This document shows positions 10,026-12,961 of a stretch of 12,961 nt of DNA, piece after piece; position 1 is the stretch's first letter, and the number at the start of each line of letters is the position of its first letter. The DNA lies in NCBI GenBank assembly GCA_039586365.1, contig JBDHKN010000112.1, forward strand, positions 1-12,961, written 5' to 3'. A model generated the notes under the pieces. The model saw nothing but the letters and a program-made list of their open reading frames with translations, made no database searches and was not told the DNA's origin. The stretch comes from Gemmatimonadota bacterium (GTDB lineage: Bacteria; Gemmatimonadota; Gemmatimonadetes; Gemmatimonadales; GWC2-71-9). The position numbers and the translations under genes are program-made.

Positions 10026-11096
10026 TCAAGCGAGGCGAACCGACCAGCCGAAGGGATCTTGCCTTTGCCCATTCTGAATCCCCAGAATCTCATCGTAGAG
10101 TTTCTTGGCCAACTCACCCGTTTTCCCTGCTGCAATCTTGTGGTCCTTCCCCTTATAACCGATTTCTCCCACGGGCGAGATCACCGCGGCGGTTCCGGTG
10201 GCAAACACCTCTCGTAGCAGGCCGCTGTCGTTGCCGGAGATCACTTCGTCAATGGAGACGCGACGCTCCTGCACATTGAGCCCCCAGTGGCGCGCCAGCT
10301 GGATGACCGAGTCCCTCGTCACGCCAGGCAGTATCGTGCCATCAAGCGGCGGCGTGACCAACTCGTCTCCCAGGAGGAAGAATATGTTGCTGGTCCCCAC
10401 TTCTTCAACGTACTTGAGCTCTATGGCATCCAGCCACAGGACCTGAGCGTACCCTTGCTGGGACGCCTGCCTCGACACAAACAGTGTCGGTCCGTAGTTG
10501 CCGGAAGTCTTCGCCGCCCCCACGCCACCCCTGACAGCACGCACGTGATCGTCCGACACGAAGATCCGCGTGGGATTGAACCCTTCGGCATAGTAGGCGC
10601 CAACGGGACCGAGAATGATGTAGAAGAGGTACTGCTTGGCAGGCCTCACTCCGAGCGCAGGTTCATTGGCGATCATGGTGGGTCGGATATACAGCGCCGT
10701 CCCGGGTGACTTGGGTATCCACTCGCGATCCAGCAAGACCAGTTGTTTCAGAGCCTCGAAGAACAGTTCCGGATCCAATTCCGGCATCACCATCCGTCTG
10801 GCGGAAGCACTCATCCGCTGGATGTTCTTGTCAGGCCGAAACAAGCCGATCCCACCGTCCTGCAAATGGTAGGCCTTGAGGCCTTCGAATACCTCCTGAT
10901 TGTAATGCAACACCATAGCAGCCGGGTCGAGACTCAACTGTTGGTAGGGAACAATCCGCGGATCATGCCATCCTTTGCCGTCGGCATAATCCATGAGAAA
11001 CATGTGATCGGTGGTGTATTTGCCGAATCCGAGGTCCGCGTCCTTGGGGTGAGGCTTCTTACCGCTGGCTGTGGACTTCGTCACCTGTATGTTCAT
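10026..11096 (-). CDS. ilvE: Branched-chain amino acid aminotransferase (long, group II type)
   Basis: ATG at 11096 with RBS AAGGGGAG. Motifs LGFG...TDHM, LHYNQEVFEGLKAY, LYIRP, AKTSGNY (PLP Lys), EEVGTSN, ILPGVTRDS, GTAAVISPV; 356 aa. Confidence 0.96.
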   Translation of the reverse strand: MNIQVTKSTASGKKPHPKDADLGFGKYTTDHMFLMDYADGKGWHDPRIVPYQQLSLDPAAMVLHYNQEVFEGLKAYHLQDGGIGLFRPDKNIQRMSASARRMVMPELDPELFFEALKQLVLLDREWIPKSPGTALYIRPTMIANEPALGVRPAKQYLFYIILGPVGAYYAEGFNPTRIFVSDDHVRAVRGGVGAAKTSGNYGPTLFVSRQASQQGYAQVLWLDAIELKYVEEVGTSNIFFLLGDELVTPPLDGTILPGVTRDSVIQLARHWGLNVQERRVSIDEVISGNDSGLLREVFATGTAAVISPVGEIGYKGKDHKIAAGKTGELAKKLYDEILGIQNGQRQDPFGWSVRLA

Positions 11097-11230
11097 TGTA
11101 GATACTCCCCTTGTTGTTTCCACGAAACAGCCCGCAACGATCTTCCTGAACGGCTCACTCACCTGCTGAATGCAGCGATGGGGCCCACCGGCACGAGGTG
11201 TGGATCTGGAGGCAACCGGCCGCCCCGTGG

Positions 11231-12397
11231 CTACGCACCGTGGAGTCCTCGACCAATGACGATGCGCTGGATTTCGCTGGTGCCCTCGTAGATTTCTGTT
11301 ATCTTCGCGTCGCGGAACAGACGCTCGACCGGATAATCACGCATATATCCGTAGCCGCCAAACACCTGAACCGCCTGGGTAGTCACCCACATTGCGGTCT
11401 CCGATGCGAACAACTTGGCCATGGCCGCGCGTTCAGGAATCAGCATGTTGGCGTGTTTCTCTCGCGCCACCTCATACAGCAGCGCCCGGGCGGCAGCGAT
11501 GCGTGTAGCCATGTCGGCCAACTTGAACTGCAGCCCCTGAAAGTCTTTTATGGGTCTCCCGAACTGCCTGCGCTCGGCGCTGTAGCGCACGGCGTGGTCG
11601 AGCGCAGCCTGGGCTATACCGACCGCCTGGGCGGCCACACCCAGACGCCCGTCTTCCAGAGCCTGCATGGCGTAGACGAATCCGCTTCCCTCCGCTCCCA
11701 GTAGGTGCTCCGGCCCGAGCCGCATGTCCCGAAAGGTCAAAGTGACGGTGCGCGATGCGCGTAGCCCCATTTTGTCTTCCGGCTTGCCCGGTTCCAGCCC
11801 GGCCGCGTTACCCGGTATCAGGAATGCCGAGATTCCACGGGATCCCCGCCGGTCAGTTGGGGGGTCGGTGCGCACCATGGCTACGATGAGATCAGCCGTG
11901 TCACCGTTGGTAACCCAAGCCTTGGTTCCGTTCAGCACCCAGTCCGATCCGTCGCGTACCGCCTGCGATCGGAGGCTTGCGGCGTCCGACCCGCTGTCGG
12001 CCTCGGAAAGCGAGAATGCCGCCAGAATCTCACCTCGGGCCATCGGCCGCAGCCAGCGCTCCTTCTGTGCTTCACTGCCGTACTTCAGCAGCATCGAAGC
12101 CGGCATCGAGCTGTGGATCGAAAGCGCGATCGAGATCGACGCGTCGGCCACCGCCAGCTCCTCAATGACCATTAGATAGGTGAGTGGATCCAGCCCGAGA
12201 CCGTCGTACTCCTCGGGGATGGTCATCCCGTAGAACCCGAGTTCACCGAGCTGCCGCATCGCCTCACGCGGGTACTGTTTCGTCCGGTCCCACTCGGCCG
12301 CGTGGGGCGCAATCTCGTTCTGCGCGAACTCCCGTGCCGCCGCTACTATCTCTCGGCGCTGCTCTGCGATCTGTTCCGATACTTCAGCTGTAGTCAT
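11231..12397 (-). CDS. Acyl-CoA dehydrogenase (short/branched-chain-like)
   Basis: ATG at 12397 overlaps the hbd end by 14 nt. Motifs [58 protein letters not shown]. Confidence 0.96.
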   Translation of the reverse strand: MTTAEVSEQIAEQRREIVAAAREFAQNEIAPHAAEWDRTKQYPREAMRQLGELGFYGMTIPEEYDGLGLDPLTYLMVIEELAVADASISIALSIHSSMPASMLLKYGSEAQKERWLRPMARGEILAAFSLSEADSGSDAASLRSQAVRDGSDWVLNGTKAWVTNGDTADLIVAMVRTDPPTDRRGSRGISAFLIPGNAAGLEPGKPEDKMGLRASRTVTLTFRDMRLGPEHLLGAEGSGFVYAMQALEDGRLGVAAQAVGIAQAALDHAVRYSAERRQFGRPIKDFQGLQFKLADMATRIAAARALLYEVAREKHANMLIPERAAMAKLFASETAMWVTTQAVQVFGGYGYMRDYPVERLFRDAKITEIYEGTSEIQRIVIGRGLHGA

Positions 12398-12961
12398 AGA
12401 AACCGCGTCCGCTCTTTCTCCCCAGGCGGCCGGAGGCGACCATCTTTCGCAGCAACGGACAAGCCCGGTACTTGGGATCGCCCAATCCGCTGTGCAGCAC
12501 CTCGAGGATCGAAAGGCACACGTCCAACCCAATGAGATCCGCGAGTGCCAGCGGGCCCATCGGATGGTTCATGCCGAGCTTCATCACCGTATCCACCGCC
12601 TCAGGAGTGGCAACACCCTCCATTACGCAGTAGACCGCCTCGTTGATCATCGGCATCAACACACGATTGGCCACGAAGCCAGGATAGTCGTTCACCTCAA
12701 CCGGGGTCTTCCCGACCTCCTGCGCGATCTCAATCACAGCCGCGGTGGTCGCGTCCGAAGTGCCGAGTCCACGTATGACCTCGACGAGCTGCATCATGGG
12801 TACCGGATTCATGAAGTGCATTCCGATCACCTTGTCTGCGCGGTCGGTGCGAGCTGCTATCTCCGTGATTGAGATGGATGATGTGTTCGAGGCCAATATC
12901 GTGTCGGCCGGTGTGATGGCTGCCAGAGTCTCGAAAATCTCATACTTGAGCTCAGCGGATT
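12384..12961 (-). CDS. hbd: 3-hydroxybutyryl-CoA / 3-hydroxyacyl-CoA dehydrogenase (5' partial)
   Basis: Frame is open to the window edge (...[29 protein letters not shown]). Motifs [42 protein letters not shown]. Confidence 0.95.
   Translation of the reverse strand, partial: SAELKYEIFETLAAITPADTILASNTSSISITEIAARTDRADKVIGMHFMNPVPMMQLVEVIRGLGTSDATTAAVIEIAQEVGKTPVEVNDYPGFVANRVLMPMINEAVYCVMEGVATPEAVDTVMKLGMNHPMGPLALADLIGLDVCLSILEVLHSGLGDPKYRACPLLRKMVASGRLGRKSGRGFYDYS

Overview
High-GC bacterial window with two parts. The left ~1.2 kb is the right edge of an integrative element or prophage. It carries a tyrosine integrase (+) whose reading frame runs across the presumed att junction and stops inside the antisense strand of an elongator-type tRNA-Met(CAT) gene (-). 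The remainder is a tightly packed minus-strand housekeeping run: hbd (partial), acyl-CoA dehydrogenase, ilvE, glyA, a Minf_1886-like protein, a small CxxC/CxxxxC protein, nnr, a secreted beta-propeller-like protein, thiL, a PlsC-type acyltransferase, eno, ftsB and tRNA-Met. From recall only, gene content and order resemble Gemmatimonadota; this is unverified. The most notable points are an integrase C-terminus that should change on recombination, putative arm-site repeats inside the int tail, a phased GGCGGTA/TACCGCC repeat array in the tRNA leader, and inverted GCTCCCC heptamer arrays translated inside a coding gene. No clearly novel multi-gene system can be demonstrated from the sequence alone.
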